Both the position numbers and the translations under genes were made by a program. This document shows, one piece after another, positions 1 to 10,404 of a stretch of DNA of 64,000 nt; positions within the stretch are counted from its first letter, which is position 1; each line of letters begins with the position of its first letter. The stretch covers positions 2,513-66,512 of the forward strand of contig CAZFMC010000004.1 in NCBI GenBank assembly GCA_964520065.1. Reading direction: 5' to 3'. The notes beneath the pieces were generated by a model. That model worked only from the letters and a program-made list of their open reading frames with translations. It searched no databases and was not told the origin of the DNA. Origin of the DNA: an uncultured Ruminiclostridium sp. GTDB lineage: Bacteria; Bacillota; Clostridia; Oscillospirales; Ruminococcaceae.

Positions 1-947
1 CCGATTAAGCACGGCTTGTCCGTATCAAGCCCAAATTCTTCGGGGGTAACGTTGAACGGGAAGCCGAACCAGCTTTTCTGCCAGGCGTAGTAGTGCGTGC
101 TGTAAAAATCCACGTAAGCGTTTTCGCTGCCCGTAAGCTCCTTCAGATATTCATCGGCAATCTTGTTGCCCTCGTATTTGTCGGAGTTGTATTTTATAAT
201 CCCAAGTCCGACGGTTACAAGAAAGTCTGAGTTTTCGTGAATTGTCGCAGCGCATCTTCCGAAAAAGTACGAGAGGTCGTCCCAGCTCAGCTGTCCGCAT
301 TCCTCGTTTTCGTGAACCCAGTCAGGCTCGTTCATAATGTCAATGCCGAAAATATATTCGCAGTCCTTGTAACGGTCGCAAAACTCCTTGACATATACCT
401 CTGCGTAGCGGTCAGCCATCTCGTGGTCGGTCAGAACCTTACGCCAGTTATCCGAGCCGTTTCCCTTGAAATGGTCGAACGACAGCAGGGTCGGCATAAC
501 GTAAACCTTGTATTTTTCCGCAAGCGCAAACAGCTTTTCAAGGTCGTCCCAATGCCCCTCGGAGAAAATGGTAACCTTTCCGTTCTTGTCGGGACGGCAG
601 ATCTGGTGTCCGTTGCAATTTATCCAGATTCTCGTGCAGTTTATGTTGTCTGCGGCAAGCTGCGCAAAGGTTTCCTCCCAGACCTCCTCGTTCATATTGC
701 CCGTGAAGTCGTTCCAGCTGTACCATGGCGTGTTTACGCCGTTAATCCACAGCTCCTTGCCGTTTACCATAAATTTTCCGTCCGAAATCGTAACCTTAGC
801 GGAAGCCTGTTCGGCGACAAGTGTTGTCTGCGCCTCGTCCGCACCGCCGATTATGTCGTCCTGAACAGCGGAATTATCACCGCACGCAGCCGTGCTTAAA
901 AGTATTGCCGCCGCAAGAAAAGCCGCGGTAAATTTTCTGATTTTCAT
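1..947 (-). CDS. Glycoside hydrolase family 5 lipoprotein (mannanase-like), runs off the left window edge
   Basis: Not in the ORF track; read by hand from ATG 947: MKIRKFTAAFLAAAILLSTAAC (lipobox), NGVNTPWYSWNDF, RIW, GIDIMNEP (acid/base), YSTHYY, and KPCLIG at the edge where the nucleophile Glu is expected next. Confidence 0.85.
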   Translation of the reverse strand, partial: MKIRKFTAAFLAAAILLSTAACGDNSAVQDDIIGGADEAQTTLVAEQASAKVTISDGKFMVNGKELWINGVNTPWYSWNDFTGNMNEEVWEETFAQLAADNINCTRIWINCNGHQICRPDKNGKVTIFSEGHWDDLEKLFALAEKYKVYVMPTLLSFDHFKGNGSDNWRKVLTDHEMADRYAEVYVKEFCDRYKDCEYIFGIDIMNEPDWVHENEECGQLSWDDLSYFFGRCAATIHENSDFLVTVGLGIIKYNSDKYEGNKIADEYLKELTGSENAYVDFYSTHYYAWQKSWFGFPFNVTPEEFGLDTDKPCLI

Positions 948-980
948 CTGTAAAAACCTCCAATGAACATTCCGCGGCTA

Positions 981-2153
981 TCAGACAAGCGCAGCCTTTA
1001 ACGCCTCGGTCTTATCCGTTCTTTCCCATGCGACGCCAAGCTCCTCGCGTCCCATATGTCCGTAAGCGGCAAGCTGCTTGTACTGCGGCTTTCTCAGGTC
1101 GAGCGCGGAAATGATAGCGGCGGGGCGTAAGTCGAACACCTTTGCTACCGCTTCGCTTAACTTATCGTCTGAATACTTACCTGTTCCAAATGTGTCAACA
1201 AGAACGGAAACCGGCTTTGCAATGCCGATAGCGTATGCTATTTCAACCTCGCACTTGTCGGCAAGACCTGCCGCAACGATGTTCTTTGCAACATAGCGTG
1301 CTGCGTAAGCCGCAGAACGGTCAACCTTTGTCGGGTCCTTACCCGAAAAGGCTCCGCCGCCGTGACGGGCATAGCCGCCGTAGGTGTCAACGATAATTTT
1401 TCTTCCCGTAAGACCGCTGTCGCCCTGCGGTCCGCCTACAACAAAACGACCTGTGGGGTTTACGTAATACTTTGTGTTTTCGTCGAGCAGCTCAGCGGGA
1501 ATTGTGGTTTTGATAACCTTTTCGATAATGTCCGCGCGAATCTGTTCAAGCGTTGCGGAAGCCTTGTGCTGAGAGGAAATAACTACCGTATCAACGCGCG
1601 CGGGCTTGCCGTCTATGTACTCGACCGTAACCTGCGATTTTCCGTCGGGGAGAAGGTAGTTGATTTCTCCGCTTTTTCTTACGTCGGTAAGCTTTTTTGC
1701 AAGCTTCTGTGCGAGAGAAATCGGGAGCGGCATAAGCTCGGGGGTTTCGTTGCAGGCATAGCCGAACATCATGCCCTGGTCGCCCGCGCCTGTATCCATC
1801 GCGTTTTCCGCTCTGCCCTCAAGCGCGTTATCAACGCCCATAGCAATATCGGGCGACTGCTTGTCAAGCGTAGTCATAACCGCGCAGGTATTGCAGTCGA
1901 AACCGTATTCGGAGTTGTCGTAGCCGATTTCACGGATTGTTTCGCGGACTATTGCGGGAATATCGACTATTGCCTTTGTGGTGATTTCGCCCATAACCAT
2001 TACCATACCCGTTGTTGTGCAGGTTTCGCAGGCAACGCGGGACATAGGGTCCTGAGCGAGGAGCGCGTCAAGCACGCTGTCGGATATTTTGTCGCAGATT
2101 TTATCGGGGTGACCCTCGGTAACGCTTTCAGATGTAAATAAATATTTAGCCAT
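981..2153 (-). CDS. metK: S-adenosylmethionine synthetase
   Basis: [28 protein letters not shown] motifs; start taken at MAKYLF; SAM-I riboswitch upstream. Confidence 0.99.
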   Translation of the reverse strand: MAKYLFTSESVTEGHPDKICDKISDSVLDALLAQDPMSRVACETCTTTGMVMVMGEITTKAIVDIPAIVRETIREIGYDNSEYGFDCNTCAVMTTLDKQSPDIAMGVDNALEGRAENAMDTGAGDQGMMFGYACNETPELMPLPISLAQKLAKKLTDVRKSGEINYLLPDGKSQVTVEYIDGKPARVDTVVISSQHKASATLEQIRADIIEKVIKTTIPAELLDENTKYYVNPTGRFVVGGPQGDSGLTGRKIIVDTYGGYARHGGGAFSGKDPTKVDRSAAYAARYVAKNIVAAGLADKCEVEIAYAIGIAKPVSVLVDTFGTGKYSDDKLSEAVAKVFDLRPAAIISALDLRKPQYKQLAAYGHMGREELGVAWERTDKTEALKAALV

Positions 2154-2185
2154 TTTTGTTTCCTTTCTCATTCAGAATTAACATA

Positions 2186-2210
2186 AAACAAAAGCTCCCT
2201 TTCGGGAGCA
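2186..2210 (-). terminator. Intrinsic terminator, expression platform of the SAM riboswitch
   Basis: Minus strand GCTCCC-GAAA-GGGAGC followed by TTTTGTTTT, between aptamer and metK start. Confidence 0.85.
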
Positions 2211-2221
2211 GATTTTCACAC

Positions 2222-2326
2222 TCCCTCATCTTCCGCCTTTCGGCGCAGGAATTGGCACCATTTTCGGTTTACCGAACGGTTGCCGCAGCTTCACAGGACC
2301 TGTTCCTCCGCTGCTCTTGATAAGGA
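2222..2326 (-). ncRNA. SAM-I (S-box) riboswitch
   Basis: Minus strand CCTTATCAAGAG...GGAGGAACAGGTCC..TGAAGC..GGCAACC...GGTGCCAATTCC...GAAGATGAGG matches the S-box consensus, directly upstream of metK. Confidence 0.95.
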
Positions 2327-2342
2327 TACTTTGTCAATGCTA

Positions 2343-2371
2343 ATTGTAGCACAAGCGGTTGGATTTGTCAA
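2343..2371 (-). promoter_or_regulatory. SigA promoter for riboswitch-metK
   Basis: TTGACA-17 bp-TACAAT with extended TG on the minus strand. Confidence 0.8.
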
Positions 2372-2469
2372 TAGAAATTGTGCAAAAACAGAAAATATCG
2401 CATAATTATGGAAATTTTCGTAAAAATATGCTATAATAAGCTATCAGCATTTTTGAAAGGACGATAGTT

Positions 2470-3027
2470 ATGATAGTTTTGGCAAGCGCTTCACCGCGCA
2501 GACGCGAGCTGCTCACGCTCGTTACACCGGATTTCTGGATTGTTCCCGCAAAGGGCGAGGAAACCGCCGACCCCGCGCTTCCGCCCGCCGAATACGTCTG
2601 CGAGCTGGCGAAAAACAAGGCGGAGGAGGTTGCCGTAATGTTCCCCGACGAAACGGTTATCGGGGCGGATACGGTGGTGGTTTACGGAAATGAAATTCTC
2701 GGCAAGCCCAGGGACGAGGAGGACGCACAGCGTATGCTGCACCTTCTTTCGGGAAATACCCACAGTGTTTTTACAGGCGTTGCTATTGTTTCAAACGGTC
2801 GGCTTACCACCTTCGCCGAGGAAACGCGCGTGACGTTCTTTCCGCTTGACGAACGTGAAATTGCACGCTACGTCGCTTCGGGAGAGCCGTTCGACAAGGC
2901 GGGCGCTTACGGAATACAGGACGCGGGCGCGCTTCTTGTAAAGAGAATCGAGGGCGATTACTACAATGTTATGGGACTTCCCGCAGGAAGCCTTTACCGC
3001 AGGCTTAAGGAGATGAATCTCATCTGA
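2470..3027 (+). CDS. maf: Maf family nucleotide pyrophosphatase
   Basis: LASASPRRRELL, IGADTVV, LGKP, DKAGAYGIQ, NVMGLP motifs. Confidence 0.95.
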   Translation: MIVLASASPRRRELLTLVTPDFWIVPAKGEETADPALPPAEYVCELAKNKAEEVAVMFPDETVIGADTVVVYGNEILGKPRDEEDAQRMLHLLSGNTHSVFTGVAIVSNGRLTTFAEETRVTFFPLDEREIARYVASGEPFDKAGAYGIQDAGALLVKRIEGDYYNVMGLPAGSLYRRLKEMNLI

Positions 3028-3104
3028 GGCGGCATTCTGCACAAAATTCGGCGGGAATATTGTTGATTTTTTTGCTGTCGGAAGCTTTTTTTCACCTTAA
3101 AAAG

Positions 3105-3133
3105 TTGCAATCCGCGCAAAAATATGTTATAAT
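3105..3133 (+). promoter_or_regulatory. SigA promoter for the ruvC operon
   Basis: TTGCAA-17 bp-TATAAT with TG extension. Confidence 0.7.
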
Positions 3134-3163
3134 AGTATGCTGATACTATTTTACGGAGTGATT

Positions 3164-3655
3164 ATGAGAATTATCGGAATAGACCCCGGATATGCAATCG
3201 TTGGCTTCGGCGTTCTTGATTACAGCAGGTCGCGCTTCTCGGTCGTGGAATACGGCGCGATTACAACTCCCGCCGAAATGGATTTTAACCAACGTCTTTG
3301 TGAAATCTATAACGACCTTTGCTATATTTTTGACAAGTATAAGCCCGATTTCCTTTCGATTGAGCGGCTTTATTTCACCAGTAACCAGAAAACGGCTATC
3401 GCTGTCGCTCAGGCGCGCGGAGTAACGCTTCTTGCCGCAAAGCAGCGCGGAATTGAAATTTTTGAGTATACCCCGCTTCAGGTCAAGCAGTCGGTTACGG
3501 GGTATGGAAAGGCTGTAAAAAAGCAGGTTCAGGATATGACAAAGCGTATTCTGGAGCTTGACGAGGTGCCGAAGCCCGACGATACCGCCGACGCGCTCGC
3601 AATGGCTATCTGCCACGCGCACTGCTACAACTCGCGCCTTTCGGGGCTGAATTAG
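3164..3655 (+). CDS. ruvC: Holliday junction resolvase RuvC
   Basis: MRIIGIDPG, EYTPLQVKQSVTGYG, PDDTADALA. Confidence 0.97.
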   Translation: MRIIGIDPGYAIVGFGVLDYSRSRFSVVEYGAITTPAEMDFNQRLCEIYNDLCYIFDKYKPDFLSIERLYFTSNQKTAIAVAQARGVTLLAAKQRGIEIFEYTPLQVKQSVTGYGKAVKKQVQDMTKRILELDEVPKPDDTADALAMAICHAHCYNSRLSGLN

Positions 3656-3662
3656 GAAGGGA

Positions 3663-4640
3663 ATGGAAAATATGAAGAAACCCGAAACACCGTCAACAAT
3701 GGCGGTTTCAATTACCGCTTTTGTCTGTAATTTGATTCTGGTCACCGTATTTTGTCTGCGGTTTGAGCCGTCCGGCAGCGTATCAGAGCTTGAAATCGGA
3801 ATTTTCGCCGCGCTGATTGCACTTTTCGTTATTTTACCGCTTGCTGCAAAAATAAACGCCTATAACATCTATTTCAACCCGCCGCAGGGCTTCAGAGCAA
3901 GCTACGCTGTCCGCGAATATCAGCTTAAAGGTTGGATAAAGGGAAAATATCTTTTTCTCGACGCGATTCACTGCCGCGTAAACGGCGATTTTCTGAACGC
4001 CGCCCTAAAGTACAGCAAATGTCTTAGAACAGCGACGGATAAACGGCTTCGACTGGCGTGCTATAAGGATATGATGCGCTATATGTCAAATTATATAATG
4101 CTTATTCCGGTTTTAATTGAAGGAACAAAGGAATTTCCGAAAGAAACGGAGCTGGTAAACGCCGTTTCCCGATATTTTATGTGGTGTCCGACCGCCGACC
4201 CGAAGGAATCGGAGGAGTGGTTCGGCGAGCTTATTCAAAACAACTCTGCCGCTAAAGAAAGTCTTTCACTGGCATATACCTTTGTCGGGCTGAAAAAAAT
4301 GTACGGCGGAAAATATGAGGAAGCAATCGAGAGCTTCAAAAACGCAGTCGGTACGAACAATTCTCCGCCCGCCTATCTTGCACTTGACATCGCGGTTTGC
4401 TGCGCGGCGCTTGGCGAATACGACAAAGCGCGCGAGTATGCGGTTACTGCTGCCGCGACGGTTGACGACAAGGGCGAAATCGACTACATAAAGGAAAAAA
4501 TGGACTACGTTTTTAAGGCTAAGACAAACGCTATAAATCCGGAAACGGAAAAGCTTATTGCGGAGCTGGCGCGGCGGGATTTGTGCCGCGAAACCCAATC
4601 GCTTGACAATTACCGCGAAAATACGGAGGCAAAAAAATGA
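3663..4640 (+). CDS. Membrane-anchored TPR-like protein
   Basis: Two N-terminal hydrophobic helices, then TPR-like helices (GKYEEAIESFKNA, LGEYDKAREYA). Confidence 0.65.
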   Translation: MENMKKPETPSTMAVSITAFVCNLILVTVFCLRFEPSGSVSELEIGIFAALIALFVILPLAAKINAYNIYFNPPQGFRASYAVREYQLKGWIKGKYLFLDAIHCRVNGDFLNAALKYSKCLRTATDKRLRLACYKDMMRYMSNYIMLIPVLIEGTKEFPKETELVNAVSRYFMWCPTADPKESEEWFGELIQNNSAAKESLSLAYTFVGLKKMYGGKYEEAIESFKNAVGTNNSPPAYLALDIAVCCAALGEYDKAREYAVTAAATVDDKGEIDYIKEKMDYVFKAKTNAINPETEKLIAELARRDLCRETQSLDNYRENTEAKK

Positions 4641-5242
4641 TATACAGCGTTCACGGCAAGGTGGTTCATATGGAACAGAACCTTGCGGTTATCGAATGTG
4701 CGGGGGTCGGCTACGGCTGCCGCACAACGGCATACACACTTTCGCAGCTTGCAGTCGGCGAAGAAACGACCCTGCTCACCTGTATGAACGTCCGTGAGGA
4801 CGCGGTCGAGCTGTTCGGCTTCAGCGACAGCGCCGAGCTGAACTGCTTTAAGCTGCTTCTTTCGGTAAACGGAGTAGGTCCCAAGGCTGCTCTTTCTATC
4901 CTTTCAGACCTTTCGCCGCAGGGCTTTGCGCTTTGCGTTGCCGGCGGCGACAGCAAGGTTCTCACCCGTTCGCAGGGCGTCGGAAAGAAGATAGCCGACC
5001 GAATTATACTTGAACTTAAAGATAAGCTCGCCAAGCAGACCGATAATATTCCCGCCGAGAGCTACGCGGAGCTTTCGCAGGTTAATACGGCGGCAGGGAA
5101 CAGCGTTTCGGAAGCTGTTTCGGCGCTTGTCGTGCTTGGCTTTTCAACCGCGCAGGCTCAAAAAGCTCTGGCGGGAGTTTCACCCGACCTGCCCGTTTCC
5201 GAAATGGTAAAAGAGGGACTTAAACAACTGTCAAACAGATAA
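4637..5242 (+). CDS. ruvA: Holliday junction branch migration protein RuvA
   Basis: VREDAVELFGF, LLSVNGVGPKAALSIL, GVGKKIADRIILELKDK. Confidence 0.97.
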   Translation: MIYSVHGKVVHMEQNLAVIECAGVGYGCRTTAYTLSQLAVGEETTLLTCMNVREDAVELFGFSDSAELNCFKLLLSVNGVGPKAALSILSDLSPQGFALCVAGGDSKVLTRSQGVGKKIADRIILELKDKLAKQTDNIPAESYAELSQVNTAAGNSVSEAVSALVVLGFSTAQAQKALAGVSPDLPVSEMVKEGLKQLSNR

Positions 5243-5269
5243 ATATCAATTCTCGAAAGGATATAAGCC

Positions 5270-6310
5270 TTGATTGAAACGAACTCAAAAGCTCCCCGTC
5301 ACGAGCGGATAATTGAACCCGAATTTTCCCCCGAGGACGTGGATCTGGAATACAGTCTTAGACCGAAAACACTGAACGAATATATCGGACAGGATAAGGT
5401 TAAGGAGAATCTGAAAATTTACATTGAAGCGGCAAAGGCGCGCGGCGAAAGCCTTGACCACGTGCTGCTTTACGGACCGCCCGGACTGGGAAAAACCACT
5501 CTCGCGGGAATTATCGCCAACGAGATGGGCGTAAACATAAAAATCACATCGGGACCTGCAATTGAAAAGCCCGGCGACCTTGCCGCGCTGCTTACAAATC
5601 TTAAGGACGGCGACGTGCTTTTTATTGATGAAATTCATCGTCTTTCGCGGCAGGTTGAGGAGGTTCTCTATCCCGCGATGGAGGATTATGTTCTCGACAT
5701 TATAATCGGAAAGGGTCCGTCCGCTCAGTCGATACGAATAGACCTTCCGCACTTTACGCTTGTTGGCGCAACAACGCGCGCGGGACAGCTTACGGGTCCC
5801 CTGCGCGACCGCTTCGGCGTTATTGAACGTCTGGAGCTTTATACGGTCGAACAGCTCTGCGATATTATAATGCGTTCTTCGGTTATTCTTACGATTCCCA
5901 CTCAGAAGGACGGTGCAATAGAGCTTGCCCGCCGTTCGCGCGGAACTCCTCGTATTGCGAACAGAATGTTGAAGCGCGTCCGTGACTTCGCGGAGGTAAT
6001 GGGCGACGGAAAGGTTACAAAGGAACTTACCGACATCGCGCTGGACAGACTTGAAATTGATAAGCTGGGGCTTGACAGTCTTGACCGCCGAATGTTGACT
6101 ATGATAATACGCGGCTACAACGGAGGACCTGTCGGGTTGGAAACGCTTGCTTCCGCGCTTGGCGAGGAATCGGTAACTCTGGAGGACGTATGCGAGCCGT
6201 TTTTGATGCAGCTGGGCTTCCTTGCAAGAACACCGCGCGGACGCGTTGCGACAGCTCTTGCTTACCGTCATCTCGGCATTGAAAAGGACGGTCAGCAGAC
6301 CTTTGAATAG
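5270..6310 (+). CDS. ruvB: Holliday junction helicase RuvB
   Basis: [37 protein letters not shown]; TTG start. Confidence 0.99.
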   Translation: MIETNSKAPRHERIIEPEFSPEDVDLEYSLRPKTLNEYIGQDKVKENLKIYIEAAKARGESLDHVLLYGPPGLGKTTLAGIIANEMGVNIKITSGPAIEKPGDLAALLTNLKDGDVLFIDEIHRLSRQVEEVLYPAMEDYVLDIIIGKGPSAQSIRIDLPHFTLVGATTRAGQLTGPLRDRFGVIERLELYTVEQLCDIIMRSSVILTIPTQKDGAIELARRSRGTPRIANRMLKRVRDFAEVMGDGKVTKELTDIALDRLEIDKLGLDSLDRRMLTMIIRGYNGGPVGLETLASALGEESVTLEDVCEPFLMQLGFLARTPRGRVATALAYRHLGIEKDGQQTFE

Positions 6311-6375
6311 AAATAGAGTAACCACTTGCGGTTCCTGCGAATATATTGTAATTATTTGAAAAGAGGGCATGAATT

Positions 6376-7731
6376 ATGGGCAGATTATTCGGTACGGACG
6401 GTGCGCGCGGCGTTGCCGTGACGGAGCTTACCTGCGAAACGGCAATGCAGATAGGGCGCGCGGCGGCAATTGTTCTTACAAAGCATAAAACGTCGGGAAA
6501 ACGCGCCAGAATTTTAATCGGCAAGGACACCCGCGTTTCCTCCGACATTCTTGAAGCCGCGCTTATTGCGGGAATTATGTCGGTCGGTGCAGACGCGGAG
6601 CTTCTCGGAATCGTTCCTACTCCCGCAGTCGCTTACCTTGTAAAATATTACGACGCGGACGCGGGCGTGATGATTTCCGCTTCGCACAACACGGTTGAAT
6701 ACAACGGAATAAAGCTGTTTTCATCGTCAGGCTTCAAGCTCCCCGACGAGGTTGAAAATGAAATTGAAACGCTTATTCTCGATAATCCCGAACAGATTTC
6801 GCTTTGCGGCGGAACGGAGGTCGGACGTGTAACATATCGTTCCTCCGCTGCCGACGATTACGTAAAGCATCTTATTTCTGCGGGAACAACTGCGGTAAAG
6901 CCGCTGAAAATACTTGCAGACTGCGCAAACGGAAGCGCTTCCGTAACCGCGCGCGACCTTTTCACAAGGCTGAACGTGGATTTTGATATTGTTCACGCCG
7001 AGCCTGACGGCTGCAACATCAACGAGAGCTGCGGCTCGACTCATATCGACCTGCTGTGTGAAAAGGTGGTAAAAGGCGGATACGACCTCGGTGTTGCGTT
7101 TGACGGCGACGCCGACAGATGTCTGGCAGTTGACGAAAAGGGCAATATCGTCTGCGGCGACAAGCTTATCGCAATTCTGGCAAAGCAAATGCGCGACGAC
7201 GGACAGCTCCACGGAGATACCGCGGTTGTTACCGTAATGAGCAATCTCGGTTTCCATACATATATGAAAAACAACCGCCTTAAGACTGTCTGCACGGCGG
7301 TCGGCGACAGATACGTGCTTGAGGAAATGCTGAAAAGCGGGTATAATATCGGCGGGGAGCAGTCGGGACACATTATTTTCCTTGATTACGCGACAACCGG
7401 CGACGGACAGCTCACAGCCGTTCAGCTCATTGAGCTCCTTGCGCGGTCGGGAAAGACCCTTTCCGCTCTTACAGCCGACATTCCCGATTATCCGCAGCTG
7501 CTTAAAAATATCCGGATAACCGAGGACAAACGCGGAATGTGGGACAAGAGCGCGGATATTCTCGCGGCAATTGACGAAGCGGAAAGAACGCTCGGCGAAA
7601 ACGGACGTATTCTCGTACGTGAAAGCGGCACTGAGCCGCTTGTACGCGTAATGATTGAGGGTAAGGACGCCGAGGAGATTGAAAAACAGACAAATGCGAT
7701 CTGCGCGGCGGTTGAAGCTGCGCTGTGCTGA
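6376..7731 (+). CDS. glmM: Phosphoglucosamine mutase
   Basis: LFGTDGARG, MISASHN, FDGDADR, GGEQSGH, RESGTEP. Confidence 0.95.
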   Translation: MGRLFGTDGARGVAVTELTCETAMQIGRAAAIVLTKHKTSGKRARILIGKDTRVSSDILEAALIAGIMSVGADAELLGIVPTPAVAYLVKYYDADAGVMISASHNTVEYNGIKLFSSSGFKLPDEVENEIETLILDNPEQISLCGGTEVGRVTYRSSAADDYVKHLISAGTTAVKPLKILADCANGSASVTARDLFTRLNVDFDIVHAEPDGCNINESCGSTHIDLLCEKVVKGGYDLGVAFDGDADRCLAVDEKGNIVCGDKLIAILAKQMRDDGQLHGDTAVVTVMSNLGFHTYMKNNRLKTVCTAVGDRYVLEEMLKSGYNIGGEQSGHIIFLDYATTGDGQLTAVQLIELLARSGKTLSALTADIPDYPQLLKNIRITEDKRGMWDKSADILAAIDEAERTLGENGRILVRESGTEPLVRVMIEGKDAEEIEKQTNAICAAVEAALC

Positions 7732-7748
7732 TAAAGGATTGAAATAAA

Positions 7749-8615
7749 ATGAGAATTTCGGACAAATGGAAGGATTATTCCCTTATTGATACGTCTGCGG
7801 GGGAACGGCTTGAACGATGGGGCAACGTAACGCTTATACGTCCCGACCCGCAGATTATCTGGGAAAATCCAAGCCCCGCCAAGGAATGGGAAAACGTTCA
7901 CGCGAAATACAATCGTTCCGCTTCGGGCGGCGGCTCGTGGGATTACCGCAAGAAATTTCCCGAAAGCTGGACGATAAATTACGGCAGCCTCACTTTTCTG
8001 GTTAAGCCCACCGGCTTTAAGCATACCGGACTGTTCCCCGAACAGGCGGTCAACTGGGATTTCTGCGACGGGCTTATCCGCAGCGCGGGACGTGAAATAA
8101 ACGTACTCAATCTTTTCGCTTATACGGGCGGCGCAACGCTTGCCTGTGCAAATGCGGGAGCAAAAGTGTGCCACCTCGACGCGGTAAAGGGAATGGTTGA
8201 CTGGGGTAAGGAAAATGCGCGGCTTAGCGGACTTTCCGACAAGCCGATACGCTGGATAACCGACGACGCAATGAAATTTCTCGGACGGGAGATTCGCCGC
8301 GGAAACCGCTACGACGGAATCATTCTCGACCCGCCGAGCTACGGACGCGGAACAAACGGAGAAATGTGGAAGCTGGAGGACTGTATTCACGAGCTGATGC
8401 TCCGCTGTACGCAGGTTCTTTCCGATAAGCCGCTGTTTATTCTCCTTAACAGCTACACAACGGGACTTTCGCCGACGGTTATGGCATATTTGCTTCATAT
8501 GACGGTCGGACAGAAATATAAAATTAACGTGAACGCCGAGGAAATCGGGCTTCCCGTAAAATCAACGGGACTTGCAATTCCCTGCGGCAACACGGCGATA
8601 GTAACTTTTGAGTAA
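7749..8615 (+). CDS. Class I SAM-dependent methyltransferase (RlmI-like)
   Basis: HTGLFPEQ, VLNLFAYTGG, IILDPPSYG. Confidence 0.85.
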   Translation: MRISDKWKDYSLIDTSAGERLERWGNVTLIRPDPQIIWENPSPAKEWENVHAKYNRSASGGGSWDYRKKFPESWTINYGSLTFLVKPTGFKHTGLFPEQAVNWDFCDGLIRSAGREINVLNLFAYTGGATLACANAGAKVCHLDAVKGMVDWGKENARLSGLSDKPIRWITDDAMKFLGREIRRGNRYDGIILDPPSYGRGTNGEMWKLEDCIHELMLRCTQVLSDKPLFILLNSYTTGLSPTVMAYLLHMTVGQKYKINVNAEEIGLPVKSTGLAIPCGNTAIVTFE

Positions 8616-8628
8616 TTAAGGCAAAAAA

Positions 8629-10380
8629 ATGAACATTATCGAAGTAAAAAATCTCGAATTTGAATATCAGACCTACGACGATTCCGGCAACGTTACGGGC
8701 GCTCACAAGGTGCTGAAGGGGATAAACCTCGAGGTGCCCAAGGGACAGTTTCTCGCCGTTCTTGGACATAACGGCTGCGGAAAATCCACCCTTGCGAAGC
8801 ATTTCAACGGAATCCTTACGGGTACAAGCGGCAAGGTCTATATAAACGGCATTGACGCGGCTGACGAGGACAGGATTTTCGACATACGGCAGACGGTCGG
8901 AATGGTTTTCCAGAATCCGGATAACCAGCTCGTCGCAACGGTTGTCGAGGAGGACGTCGCTTTCGCGCCCGAAAATCTCGGCGTACCGCCCGCTGAAATA
9001 CGTAAGCGCGTTGACGAAGCGCTGAAAACGGTAAGTATGTACGATTACCGCGAACACTCGCCGCACCAGCTTTCGGGCGGACAGAAGCAGCGCGTGGCTA
9101 TCGCGGGAATACTTGCAATGCAGCCTGAATGTATCGTTCTTGACGAGCCAACCGCAATGCTCGACCCAAAGGGGCGGAAAGAGGTTATGGATACGATTAA
9201 GCTGCTCAACAGCCGCGGCGTTACAATCGTGCTGATAACCCATTATATGGAGGAAGCGGCTCAGGCGCAGCGCGTTATCGTAATGGACGATGGAAATATC
9301 GTGATGGACGACGTACCGAGAAGAATATTCCCGCAGGTCGAACGAATGAAGGGTTACGCGCTTGACGTGCCGCAGGCTACCGAGCTTATGTATCGGCTGA
9401 AAGAAAGCGGAGTTTCCGTTTCAACCGAAATACTCGATGAAAACGAAGCCGCTAAAGCCATTCTCGCGCTGAATCCGAAAAGGGGAATTACCCCCGAGGA
9501 AAATGCGCCGAAGGCTGAACCAAAGGAAAAAAGAGAAGCTGCGGCGGAAATTAAAAATTTAGTCTACAAGTACAGCGTAGGCTCGCCGTTCGAGTCAACG
9601 GCGGTTGACCACGTGAGCCTGACAATCGAAAAGGGCAGCTTTGTAGGTGTAATAGGACACACGGGAAGCGGCAAATCTACGCTGATTCAGCATCTCAACG
9701 GATTGCTCAAGCCGACCGAGGGCAGCGTTTTTATAAACGGCAGGGATATATGGGAAAAGGGCGTGGATTTACGCGGAGTGCGTTTTTTGGCAGGGCTTGT
9801 TTTCCAGTATTCCGAGCATCAGCTTTTTGAAGAAACCGTCTTTAAGGACATCGCCTACGGACCGAAAAATATGGGACTCTCCGAAGAGGAAATAAAGTCG
9901 CGCGTGCTTTCGGCGGCGAAAAGCATGGGACTTTCGGACGAGCTTTTAAACCGTTCTCCGTTCGACCTTTCGGGCGGACAGAAGCGCCGCGTGGCTCTTG
10001 CGGGAGTAATCGCAATGCAGCCGGAAATTCTGATTCTTGACGAGCCTGCGGCGGGACTTGACCCGAAGGGGCGCGATAAGGTGCTTGATGAAATTCACGA
10101 GTATCACAAAAATTCGGGAACGACAATTCTCCTTGTTTCGCACTCAATGGAGGATATTGTAAAATACGCCGACAAGGTGTTGGTTATGAACCGCGGACGG
10201 CTGTTCTGCTACGAGGACACCGACGAGGTTTTCCGCCGCGCCAGAGAGATAAGACAGGTCGGACTTGATATTCCGCAGATAACGAAGCTCAGCCACCTGC
10301 TGGAGCAGGAGGACGTGCGCCTCGGCGAGGATATTTACACGGTAGAACGCGCCTGCGAGCGGCTTATGAGGCTGCTTTAA
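8629..10380 (+). CDS. Fused energy-coupling factor ATPase EcfA1-EcfA2
   Basis: Two complete ABC domains ([17 protein letters not shown]; [17 protein letters not shown]) in one ORF, upstream of ecfT-truA. Confidence 0.9.
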   Translation: MNIIEVKNLEFEYQTYDDSGNVTGAHKVLKGINLEVPKGQFLAVLGHNGCGKSTLAKHFNGILTGTSGKVYINGIDAADEDRIFDIRQTVGMVFQNPDNQLVATVVEEDVAFAPENLGVPPAEIRKRVDEALKTVSMYDYREHSPHQLSGGQKQRVAIAGILAMQPECIVLDEPTAMLDPKGRKEVMDTIKLLNSRGVTIVLITHYMEEAAQAQRVIVMDDGNIVMDDVPRRIFPQVERMKGYALDVPQATELMYRLKESGVSVSTEILDENEAAKAILALNPKRGITPEENAPKAEPKEKREAAAEIKNLVYKYSVGSPFESTAVDHVSLTIEKGSFVGVIGHTGSGKSTLIQHLNGLLKPTEGSVFINGRDIWEKGVDLRGVRFLAGLVFQYSEHQLFEETVFKDIAYGPKNMGLSEEEIKSRVLSAAKSMGLSDELLNRSPFDLSGGQKRRVALAGVIAMQPEILILDEPAAGLDPKGRDKVLDEIHEYHKNSGTTILLVSHSMEDIVKYADKVLVMNRGRLFCYEDTDEVFRRAREIRQVGLDIPQITKLSHLLEQEDVRLGEDIYTVERACERLMRLL

Positions 10381-10404
10381 CGCGCAGCAGAAGAAGGATA
10401 GAAA

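Noticed and set aside
237-899. 220-aa plus-strand ORF
   Set aside because: Antisense shadow of the GH5 gene; no motifs.
3028-3163. LexA box upstream of ruvC
   Set aside because: No GAAC-N4-GTTC found.
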